Part shown: positions 56,361-64,000 of the stretch, piece after piece
How positions within the stretch are numbered: position 1 is the stretch's first letter
Layout: every line of letters begins with the position of its first letter
IMG/VR virus record: IMGVR_UViG_3300049893_002526
DNA: 64,000 nucleotides
From: an uncultured virus (IMG/VR IMGVR_UViG_3300049893_002526)
Taxonomy: Duplodnaviria; Heunggongvirae; Uroviricota; Caudoviricetes
Strand: one strand, 5' to 3'
Notes under the pieces: model-generated
Database searches by the model: none
Seen by the model: the letters and a program-made list of their open reading frames with translations, nothing else
What the model was told of the DNA's origin: nothing
Made by a program: the position numbers and the translations under genes

Positions 56361-59115
56361 TTGATGGTTTGGGGTCGTGTTCGGCGAACGCCTTATCCCA
56401 GACGTTGGGGTTTGCAGCAAAGTCTACCGGGGACGGCAGTCGATTATCACCCCGGTTACGCGGATCCGTGGTCGGATCATAGGGCTTGATTACGAGTCCT
56501 TGAATGACAGCTTTGCCATTAATGAATTTAGACTGCACACCGGGTACTTTCAAGACGTTGTTCGTTGTCTCACGCAAACGATCCACGAAACGCGGTTTAG
56601 CGATCGTTCTAAACCCGTTGCACTTCGCGAAATTACAGTAGCTTGCATAGACTTCCGTAAAAGCGTTTTTAACGTATAGACCTTTTTCCTGTTCGTCGAT
56701 GTTTGGCTTGAGGGCGCCAGCACCGAGCACGGTATAGGAATTAGGTGCGTACATAGTGCACTCAGCCAGCCAGGCCACGATCGGGTTGTTGAAGATCAGA
56801 GCTTCAATGTTTGTCGTGTTCAGCGTGGGCGCGAACTTAGTTGGGTTGGCCAGCACCTCACGCATGTGGTCATGACCCATGCTGAGAGCCCACGCTGCGA
56901 TGTTTGGCAGCTCCGGCGCAAACTCACCCTCGATGTGATCCGGATACACACTGATCAGGTTCTTGCGCTTGGAGGGGTTGATGACGTTGTTCATCACGAT
57001 CGTCAGACGCCGCCGCTCCAGACCGCTGCTGATGTCCGAGCTGCTAATGTGCTCGTTCGACGCGATGGAAACGAGGAGCTCAGGTTTGAAGTTGATCACC
57101 TCTTTTCCGTACTTACGCTCAGCTCGCAGAGTGTCGCTTGCTGACGTCAGCTTTTTAAGGGTGTCTAGACGGCGGCTGAACGAAGCTTCGTCGGTCAAGA
57201 GCAGAAGCCGCTTTCCGATCAAACTATGCCCTTCGAACCGGTTCGTTTCGATGGTCTCAAGGTCGGACGTATGCGTGCCTGCGTAGCCTGCCAGGGCGAT
57301 CAGAACCTGCTGCAGCGTGGATTTACCGGAACCACCGGCACCGATCAGATGGAGGAAACGCTCACCGGTTGAATACCCGACAAGAACAGCTCGGCAGAAC
57401 GCTTGAATGATGACGACGTTATCTTTCCCAACCGCCCAGGTGAGCCACGTTAGGAACTTAGGGCAGTTGGGATCCTCGCTGAACTCGAACCCGAGACGGC
57501 TGCGGAAATAAAGATCACGCTGGAAACCGTCGGCAAAGTCCAGAGTCTCAACGTCCAGGACGCCGTTTCGGAACGCCACTTTGCCTCTGTTGGAAGTCCA
57601 TATGGACTTACGCCCGCCCTTGATGGACCGGAGCAGACGGGCTTTCAACAACAGGAAAATGCTGTTGACAGTTCCGCTGTTGTACCGCTGAAGAATACCT
57701 GTTTGTACAAACGTGTCTAGTGCTTTTAAAATGCGGCGTTTGATGTGCTGCTCGTCGCTCAGGAACCAGATGCCCTCCTCGTCGTCGTAGCTAAAGAACT
57801 CATCCAGGGAGGAATCGTACAGAAACTGATCGCCGTAGTTACTGGAAATAACCTCAGCGATATCGTTCTCGCTGAATGCACGGTCGTTGTTCTGGAGATT
57901 GATTAACTGAGCGGGAGTTTGCGGCGTGGCAGTAGCCATGGGCTCTTCGTCGGGTGTTTTTGTGGATGTTGATGTTGTTTTGGTTGACGGCTCGCTGGTG
58001 AGATCGAAGTCGTCGATTGAAAGCACAGAGTTTTTTGGTTGTGCTTTTTTGGCTTTGATCCGGTCCTTAACGGAGTCGGGGCACTGCTCTGCAAATACAG
58101 AACGGTTTGCGTATTTGATTTTTTTCCAGCACGCCGCCTCGGCGTCTTCCGCCACAATGGCTGCTGCTGGTCGGAGGCTCGTCGCGTCTGCGATCGAGTT
58201 CAGGATGCGGTTGAACTTGCCGTCTAGTTCTGGGGCGTACTCGTAGATAGCGTAGAACAGACGGTGCGCGACGTCAAGAGGGGCCTCGGTGAGTGGGACG
58301 TTATGCCCGTTGCACCAGTTCGCCCAGCCGATGATTTCCTTGAGACCCGTAGCCATCGCTAGGCTCCGGTCCTCGACGTCGCCATCGTTCAGCATGTTCT
58401 GAACGGACTTGCTCAGCAGAGGTTCGAGCTGACAGCCGTCCACCGCTATCGTGCAATCCAGCGCTTCGTACGCGTCATGCTTGAGGGTCGGATCCTGCGG
58501 CAGCGTGGCGAATACCTTGGCGCCTTCGTCAATTACTTTGGCTGGGATAAATTTGTCAGTTGCGCAGATCAGGTCCTCGGGTCCTCTTCCGCCGTAGAAC
58601 AGGTTGACCGTCTGGGTCGCCCGCTTGTCCGAGCCGGGAATCTGTACGGCGATCTGCCGTACAAACCACTGGTAGAAGTCAGGTTGTACGATGTCTCGTT
58701 CGAGTCCAAATACGAGACGGAACCTGGGCCAGTCTGGTGTATTGCTCGGCGAGTAGTACGCGAACGACAAATACTTCTTACATATATCTAGTTCAAGCGC
58801 TTGTTCTACAGTTAACTGAAGATCCTTTATTTTCTCTCCGTTCTCATCTTTGCCGTCAGCTTGATTATCGATATCAACGATGACTAAGCCGGCTTTGATG
58901 AACCCGGTGTCACCGCTCTTACGCTTCCCTTCAATCAACTGCGCCGCACATAAACCTGTACCCGCCGCGATCTTCTCGGCGATTACTTTCGTCGTGTCGC
59001 TGGAAGCTTTCCAGTTTTCATTGAAGGCGGCAAAGTTACCGCCAGAAGCTATCTTTCCGGTCTTGGGATTTAGGTATTCGCGAACTTTTTCATTGAACGA
59101 ATAACTAAATTCCAT
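56350..59115 (-). CDS. primase / D5-like SF3 helicase
   Basis: VDIDN and SPS...PRFRLVF primase motifs; AFRNGVLD D5-N; GAGGSGKST, LLLTDE, ASNE. Confidence 0.9.
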   Translation of the reverse strand: MEFSYSFNEKVREYLNPKTGKIASGGNFAAFNENWKASSDTTKVIAEKIAAGTGLCAAQLIEGKRKSGDTGFIKAGLVIVDIDNQADGKDENGEKIKDLQLTVEQALELDICKKYLSFAYYSPSNTPDWPRFRLVFGLERDIVQPDFYQWFVRQIAVQIPGSDKRATQTVNLFYGGRGPEDLICATDKFIPAKVIDEGAKVFATLPQDPTLKHDAYEALDCTIAVDGCQLEPLLSKSVQNMLNDGDVEDRSLAMATGLKEIIGWANWCNGHNVPLTEAPLDVAHRLFYAIYEYAPELDGKFNRILNSIADATSLRPAAAIVAEDAEAACWKKIKYANRSVFAEQCPDSVKDRIKAKKAQPKNSVLSIDDFDLTSEPSTKTTSTSTKTPDEEPMATATPQTPAQLINLQNNDRAFSENDIAEVISSNYGDQFLYDSSLDEFFSYDDEEGIWFLSDEQHIKRRILKALDTFVQTGILQRYNSGTVNSIFLLLKARLLRSIKGGRKSIWTSNRGKVAFRNGVLDVETLDFADGFQRDLYFRSRLGFEFSEDPNCPKFLTWLTWAVGKDNVVIIQAFCRAVLVGYSTGERFLHLIGAGGSGKSTLQQVLIALAGYAGTHTSDLETIETNRFEGHSLIGKRLLLLTDEASFSRRLDTLKKLTSASDTLRAERKYGKEVINFKPELLVSIASNEHISSSDISSGLERRRLTIVMNNVINPSKRKNLISVYPDHIEGEFAPELPNIAAWALSMGHDHMREVLANPTKFAPTLNTTNIEALIFNNPIVAWLAECTMYAPNSYTVLGAGALKPNIDEQEKGLYVKNAFTEVYASYCNFAKCNGFRTIAKPRFVDRLRETTNNVLKVPGVQSKFINGKAVIQGLVIKPYDPTTDPRNRGDNRLPSPVDFAANPNVWDKAFAEHDPKPSNAD

Positions 59116-59218
59116 GAGACCCCTTGTGGCCCGGACATTCTGGCACAGAAAAGCGCAACGCGCATGGTTTGCTCTGTAACAACCGAATCTCTCTAGATTC
59201 GATCATCTTAGATGAGAC

Positions 59219-60004
59219 TCACCCTGTTACGTCGTGAGTGTCGTAGTATTTTCGCACTATCTGCCACCAATTTTCTTTGTCTTTTTCTATATCCTTTTCT
59301 CCGAAACTAAACACTTGAACGCTGTATTCTGGTATGGGAGTAGATACGATTATTTGAGTTTTCGAGATTTTAATTCCTAAGCATTTTTCGGCTGCGATTG
59401 TATAGGCGGCGAGCTGAAGTTTCGTTTTTTTGAATTTGAAGACTCCGCTGATGAGGGCTTTCTTCAAGTTCTCCGGAATGTCAGCTTTGCTCGAAGGGAA
59501 CTTTGCGCTGTACGGTCCTACAGACGTTTTGAAGTCGCCCAGAATGATTTCTCCGTTGCTGTCCTTATAGATGATGTCGCAACATCCTGCCCATCCGTGA
59601 CCCGTGGGCGCGTCATAATAATGTATACGACCGACCCCGTCGTCTCCCACGTAACGGGACCAACTGGGTTGGTTGTAAGGTTTCTCGCTCCACAGAACTC
59701 GACCACTTCCAATCAGTTCGTCGACTTTCTCTGGTACGTCTTTCCAATACGGTTTTAGATCTTCTCTGGGGTTTACTGTAATACCTCTGATGTGATTCTC
59801 TACCGCCTCGTGAATCCAGCTTCCTCTGGCCGCTGCAGCATCCGCCACACCAGGATTTAAAGCGTTCCAATGCGCCAACTTACGTTGCGTCTCGGCGCTC
59901 TGCGTGGCGGAAAGAATCGATGTGACCGAGGGCAGAGGAACCTCTACACCTTCACAGCGATAGTGCCGTAAACCGTTAACTGTGAGCCTAGTACTATTTG
60001 ACAC
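59219..60004 (-). CDS. PD-(D/E)XK exonuclease
   Basis: LPSVTSIL, RG..IH...E, AG..D....DFKTS, QLAAY. Confidence 0.88.
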   Translation of the reverse strand: MSNSTRLTVNGLRHYRCEGVEVPLPSVTSILSATQSAETQRKLAHWNALNPGVADAAAARGSWIHEAVENHIRGITVNPREDLKPYWKDVPEKVDELIGSGRVLWSEKPYNQPSWSRYVGDDGVGRIHYYDAPTGHGWAGCCDIIYKDSNGEIILGDFKTSVGPYSAKFPSSKADIPENLKKALISGVFKFKKTKLQLAAYTIAAEKCLGIKISKTQIIVSTPIPEYSVQVFSFGEKDIEKDKENWWQIVRKYYDTHDVTG

Positions 60005-60066
60005 GTTAAGGAAGACGGAAATTTCCGTCTTAAATCTTTGAGTATTCTATACCGGTTAATAGCGAA

Positions 60067-60396
60067 TTAAAACTTTAAAGCTATTTGCGGAGAAGGACCT
60101 TCATCCTCGTCCTCTTCTTCATCGTCACTGTCTTTACTACCGATATAAAATTCGTCTACTTGATATTTGAAGTCTCTCTGCGCATCGATCATTTGCTCGT
60201 GCAAGCACATCCCTGCGCTAAAAGACTCATCCACAATCGTAGCGCACTCCTCTGCAGTTCTTGCTTCGCCGTCTGGTGATACACACTCCTGGAGTAACTG
60301 GGTTGAAACGAGGAGTGATGCGATGCGATCAAGAGCACGGTTTGTCTCCGTCAGTTTTTCGAGCAGTTCCCGGTGTAGTTTCTCAATCTTGTGCAC
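60067..60396 (-). CDS. hypothetical protein with an acidic tail
   Basis: ORF, coiled coil. Confidence 0.7.
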   Translation of the reverse strand: MHKIEKLHRELLEKLTETNRALDRIASLLVSTQLLQECVSPDGEARTAEECATIVDESFSAGMCLHEQMIDAQRDFKYQVDEFYIGSKDSDDEEEDEDEGPSPQIALKF

Positions 60397-60934
60397 TTGG
60401 ATTTAAAGGGAGGGGCGGAACTGACTGCCAATCTACAAGAAACTCGATGTTCGTGCCATCCATCCAATTTTCAGGGCGCCTGAAGACAAACCATGCGGAT
60501 GTTACAGAATCACGGGACTTGCTGATGGTGCTGAACTGCGGCCGTGGAGAGAAGATCATAAGATCAGACAGCTTATTATTTAGGAACAACTTGCGTCTTT
60601 TAGCAACGGGTTCCAGGAAGCTCAGGCGATCTAATATGATTACCCCTTTGTTAGCTATTGATGTGCCGTAGTCTAGGATGTAATAAGTCTCTTCCTTTAA
60701 CCCTGTTGTGTTTGCGATGACCCAGTCAAACACGCCTTGTTTTGCTGTCCACCAAAGCGGATCGAAGATATGAATTCCTTTTTCGTAGCTGTCGCAGTCG
60801 AGTCGTTGTTGGTTGAACTGAGCAGCTAACTGCCCGTCGATGTCACAGGGAAGTAAGAGTTTGCCGGTTAGAGAAAGTTTTGATGATAGTTGATAAACGA
60901 TGCCTTGAGGGATTTGGTAGAAGTTGGTGCTCAT
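60383..60934 (-). CDS. DNA methyltransferase homologue with degenerate motifs
   Basis: FY..P, LLPCDIDG (for LEPC.G.G), DWVIANTTG (for NPPF), RLSFLEP, DSVTSAWFVF. Confidence 0.65.
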   Translation of the reverse strand: MSTNFYQIPQGIVYQLSSKLSLTGKLLLPCDIDGQLAAQFNQQRLDCDSYEKGIHIFDPLWWTAKQGVFDWVIANTTGLKEETYYILDYGTSIANKGVIILDRLSFLEPVAKRRKLFLNNKLSDLMIFSPRPQFSTISKSRDSVTSAWFVFRRPENWMDGTNIEFLVDWQSVPPLPLNPSAQD

Positions 60935-61021
60935 GATGATTTGATTACGTTAGGAAAAGGTGAATTCTAATCCTGTTTTCGGTGCGCCGACCCTAGGCTT
61001 AACGTAGGGTCATCGAGTCTC

Positions 61022-61276
61022 ATGCGTCTCTTCGAGCTCACCACCGAACAAAGTTTCCTGCATCAGCGGGTCATCCGAGACGCAAACAAACTCAGCAAAG
61101 ACGAGCTCGTGAAGATCTTAGGGGATATACATAGGCTATATCTGATCAAGGGCGGCTTGTTTACGAGACTCGTTAATTGGTGCGCTCGGACCGGTGTGGA
61201 ACTTCCGCCGTTAACCGAGTTGTATGGAGGAGAGTCGCCTCTTTTAGATGCTGACGCGGACCCAGACGTTATCTGA
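61022..61276 (+). CDS. nblA: NblA-like phycobilisome degradation protein
   Basis: ELTTEQSF......A.KLSKDEL...L..I...Y.IK..LF matches the NblA helix-loop-helix pattern. Confidence 0.65.
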   Translation: MRLFELTTEQSFLHQRVIRDANKLSKDELVKILGDIHRLYLIKGGLFTRLVNWCARTGVELPPLTELYGGESPLLDADADPDVI

Positions 61277-61603
61277 CCCTTTTTCAAAGCCCCACCGTTC
61301 CGCGTAACGCATCAGCACATCACGAGTGTTGTCTTCGGGGTAGATGAATAAAGGGTGCGAAGTGTGGTCCAATACGAGACGCATGAGACGGGCGCAGGTT
61401 GCCCAGCACTTCAGGTCGCTTACGTTTTGAATACGGGCTGCCCTGCGTGCTCGCCTGTTCTTTCTGTTGCAGAACCAATCGTTTTGAGCCCGTTTGCTTC
61501 TGCAGATGCTCAGCGCCACGTTACCTGCGAACCCGTAATCCTGAATGACAATAGCGATCCACAAGTTCTTGTACTTAATCCGGTAGCGGTAATCAGCAAG
61601 CAT
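61244..61603 (-). CDS. hypothetical protein
   Basis: ORF. Confidence 0.55.
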   Translation of the reverse strand: MLADYRYRIKYKNLWIAIVIQDYGFAGNVALSICRSKRAQNDWFCNRKNRRARRAARIQNVSDLKCWATCARLMRLVLDHTSHPLFIYPEDNTRDVLMRYAERWGFEKGSDNVWVRVSI

Positions 61604-61605
61604 AT

Positions 61606-61630
61606 AAAAAAAGCCCCCGTGTAGGAGGCT
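61606..61630 (-). terminator. Rho-independent terminator
   Basis: Minus strand AGCCTCC-TACAC-GGGGGCT followed by a T run. Confidence 0.8.
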
Positions 61631-61657
61631 CGAACCTTGGTTTCAAACTAGGTTAGC

Positions 61658-62443
61658 TCAAAAATCAAGACCAAGCTTCTTAGCTTGTTCTTCTGTCAGC
61701 TCGACTTTCTTTTTTGCCGAGGGAGGTTCCGCAGCAGCCGCCAAGGCTTTGGGGTCGCCAGCGGACGCGAGCTGTTCGGTTGACGGGTGCGTGCGGGAAG
61801 CTTGGAAAGAAGCTTTGATCGCCGCGTGGTCTCCTCCGAGAGGAAGCTCAACGAGATCGCCACCTGGGATGACTGACTTGAGCACGTTGCTGGCAGCTTC
61901 AGCACCACCGTTCTTAAGCCACTCCGCAATGTCTTTGATCAGTTGCTCCTCTTCCTCGTTTTGAGGAGGACGATCGGCAAACGCAAGAGCGTTGTAGTTG
62001 ATCTTGGCACCGTCAGCACCGGTCATGGGATCCCGCTCGTTAAAGGAGCGAGTCTCGAACTTAGTGGTCGTAACCACAGTTCCTACGTTGATCCTGTTGT
62101 TGTACAGGTTCTGGAAGTAGGAGATGAAGTTCTTCTGCGAGGACTTGCCGCTGATGATGCTGGTCGTGACGCAGCGTGGAGGCAAGAGGCGATGCTTCGG
62201 AGAGACGCCGATATACGCAATGCGGAGAAACTCTTCGCCTTGGCGCATCCCAAGATTTCCGTAGAAGGGGCTGAAGCCCAACAGGATGAACTCGATGGGG
62301 ATGCCGTTGTCGTTTCGGTCGACGATTGCGGAGTCGGGGTCGACGTCGGATTTCCAACGACGAGCTTGAAGATCAATACGGAGTGTGTGCGGAGGTATGT
62401 TGCACAGGATTTCCGATTCGGAAAATTCGCCAGCGATGTACAT
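61658..62443 (-). CDS. replication/recombination-module hypothetical protein
   Basis: 261-aa ORF downstream of ssb, high-expression codons, ends LGLDF. Confidence 0.7.
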   Translation of the reverse strand: MYIAGEFSESEILCNIPPHTLRIDLQARRWKSDVDPDSAIVDRNDNGIPIEFILLGFSPFYGNLGMRQGEEFLRIAYIGVSPKHRLLPPRCVTTSIISGKSSQKNFISYFQNLYNNRINVGTVVTTTKFETRSFNERDPMTGADGAKINYNALAFADRPPQNEEEEQLIKDIAEWLKNGGAEAASNVLKSVIPGGDLVELPLGGDHAAIKASFQASRTHPSTEQLASAGDPKALAAAAEPPSAKKKVELTEEQAKKLGLDF

Positions 62444-62463
62444 CAGTTAGTAAGCGGAGGAGA

Positions 62464-63108
62464 TCAGAGCGAGAAATCAATAGATCCAAGGGCTGCGGCA
62501 GCGACCTTACCCTTCTCAGGATCGGCAGCCTTGGTGGGCGCCTTACGGGTCGACTTCGGAAGATAGAGAACTTTGTCCAGGTTGTAGTTCAGATAGTTCT
62601 TGTCGTCTTTTTCTGAGGTTGACACACGACCAACCGCGATGGTTGGTGTGCCCGGTGCAAGTTCAGAAAGTTGCTTGCTCAGCTCGTTCCACGCTGTGAT
62701 TTTGAACCACTGAGTTTCGCTATCTTCGGCTTGCCATGCCAGAGACCGATTGGTGACGGTCGAATCTCCGAGCTCCACCTCATCGGCTTTAGGACCTAAA
62801 CCACCCGTGGCGACGAAGAGATTGATCGCGAGCAGATCGCTGAAGTTCTCTTGTGTTACCACAAGCATGGGCTGCATCTGAAGCACGCCGTCGACGGTCG
62901 CCCGTGTGGGACCCAGAGCCAGAACGGTCTGATCCTTTTCGAGTTTGCCCAGAAGCTTGCCTACGTAATGGTCTGACTTTTGGAGGAGTTGGACTTTGGT
63001 TGCAACTCGTTTGTCGTTGGAGGGCAGTGCTTCGGCGAGTACGTTGGTAGTGCCTTCGTCTGTCTGCGCCTCAGAGGTGACGCGCAATCCCAGAATGAAA
63101 ACGTTCAT
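62464..63108 (-). CDS. ssb: single-stranded DNA-binding protein (tandem OB folds)
   Basis: ETQWFKITAWNELS..L.....GT...AVGRV; acidic-aromatic tail IDFSL. Confidence 0.8.
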   Translation of the reverse strand: MNVFILGLRVTSEAQTDEGTTNVLAEALPSNDKRVATKVQLLQKSDHYVGKLLGKLEKDQTVLALGPTRATVDGVLQMQPMLVVTQENFSDLLAINLFVATGGLGPKADEVELGDSTVTNRSLAWQAEDSETQWFKITAWNELSKQLSELAPGTPTIAVGRVSTSEKDDKNYLNYNLDKVLYLPKSTRKAPTKAADPEKGKVAAAALGSIDFSL

Positions 63109-63631
63109 CCTTGAGCTTCCTGTAAATCGTTGAGCGGTTGACGTTGAGTGCCTTGGCGATCTGACAAGCAGAAGCGCCTTGGCTATGGAAGGCTAACAGC
63201 ATTTGTATGTCGCCGCTACTGAGTTTCGCGTTTTTCTCACCGTGATACTCAAAGTGATACGGGTTTATACAGAGAGGGTTTCCGCAGCGTGGCTTGGGCA
63301 CCGCCCCGTCTCTAGGGATATCTAGATATTTAAGTATTGCTGTTCTTACGTAATATCTTTTACTTAATGCGTAGAAACATGGACTGCCGTTAGTTACCGA
63401 ACCGTCCCACAGATCGCAGTCATTATGATTGAACTCGTTTAGAGCTAGACGTTCGAAAAGATTTGAAACGAGAGTCGACTTGGACTTGGTGTACGTTATC
63501 TGATACCTGTCGCAATCTAAAGCCCTGCTTATGTCGAGCGCCTGACCCTGAGCGTGGGCCGTGTCGGCCGCAACGATAGGCAGGGCTAAAGATTTATTTC
63601 TGTGTTCAAATAATATGTTGTGATGCTCCAA
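63071..63631 (-). CDS. His-Me-finger-like + HTH protein
   Basis: C.LW.G, CGNPLCINPYHF, KLS..DI, QIAKALNVNRSTIYR. Confidence 0.75.
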   Translation of the reverse strand: MEHHNILFEHRNKSLALPIVAADTAHAQGQALDISRALDCDRYQITYTKSKSTLVSNLFERLALNEFNHNDCDLWDGSVTNGSPCFYALSKRYYVRTAILKYLDIPRDGAVPKPRCGNPLCINPYHFEYHGEKNAKLSSGDIQMLLAFHSQGASACQIAKALNVNRSTIYRKLKDERFHSGIARHL

Positions 63632-63632
63632 G

Positions 63633-64000
63633 TTATTTCTTCTTGTTTCCTGAAGCTGCTTGTTCGAGAGCTTGACGAGCTTGGTTTGAAAGCTCTATAT
63701 TACCTTTCTCCGCTTGGTTGAGCGCTCGCTGGGCAGCTTCGCGGTTATTACCGGGCGCAGCGATTAATGCCGCAGCTTCGTTGCGGTTTAAAGTTTCCCC
63801 CCGACCGCCGGCTGCCGCCAGGACGCCAATGTTCCCGGTGCTTTCCTGACGTTCTACGACGCGTTCGTACGCAGCTTGTGCGCCTGCGGGCGCAGATGCG
63901 CTGCTAGGAGATACGTAAGAACCGCGGTCCGTTGTGGATGCTACTTGACCTCCACCAGCTTGGCTAATCGTTGTCGGCCTCTGCGCTTTCGTTGTGGCCC
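63633..64000 (-). CDS. A/G-rich protein, C-terminal part (truncated by the window)
   Basis: Open frame from the window end to TAA at 63633. Confidence 0.6.
   Translation of the reverse strand, partial: ATTKAQRPTTISQAGGGQVASTTDRGSYVSPSSASAPAGAQAAYERVVERQESTGNIGVLAAAGGRGETLNRNEAAALIAAPGNNREAAQRALNQAEKGNIELSNQARQALEQAASGNKKK

Noticed and set aside
59219..60004. Cas4
   Set aside because: A PD-(D/E)XK nuclease lacking the four-Cys Fe-S pattern, in a replication module
61943..62566. 207-aa plus-strand ORF and similar antisense ORFs over the capsid, portal and primase genes
   Set aside because: Fully overlap well-supported genes with strong codon bias and show no motifs
1..64000. CRISPR array or cas operon
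   Set aside because: No regularly spaced repeat-spacer pattern seen; all repeats found are coding tandem repeats or hairpins

Overview
The whole window is a slice of a dsDNA tailed-phage genome, very probably a cyanophage. Evidence for the host: two NblA-like genes, thyX, dps, tRNA-Leu(UAA), a GH24+C39 endolysin and cyanobacteria-style promoters with a -10 box only. It contains small leftward early genes, including an SH3b / Pro-rich anchor / L,D-transpeptidase-like trio. The head module (TerL, portal, scaffold, major capsid) is interleaved with four glycosyltransferase-like genes and a GH130-like propeller. Also present are putative internal virion proteins, three receptor-binding proteins, lysis genes, a ~500 bp divergent control region and a replication module (primase-D5 helicase, PD-(D/E)XK nuclease, SSB). 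I recognised no tape measure, sheath, integrase, polymerase or CRISPR array. The most interesting candidates are: a possible virion glycosylation system (GT cluster plus Ser-Gly-enriched structural proteins), three intergenic structured RNAs, a 509-nt portal/scaffold dual-coding overlap, a shared R-[MFW]-A-G motif in small unrelated proteins, and several catalytically degenerate enzymes. All product calls come from motif recognition by eye, with no database search.
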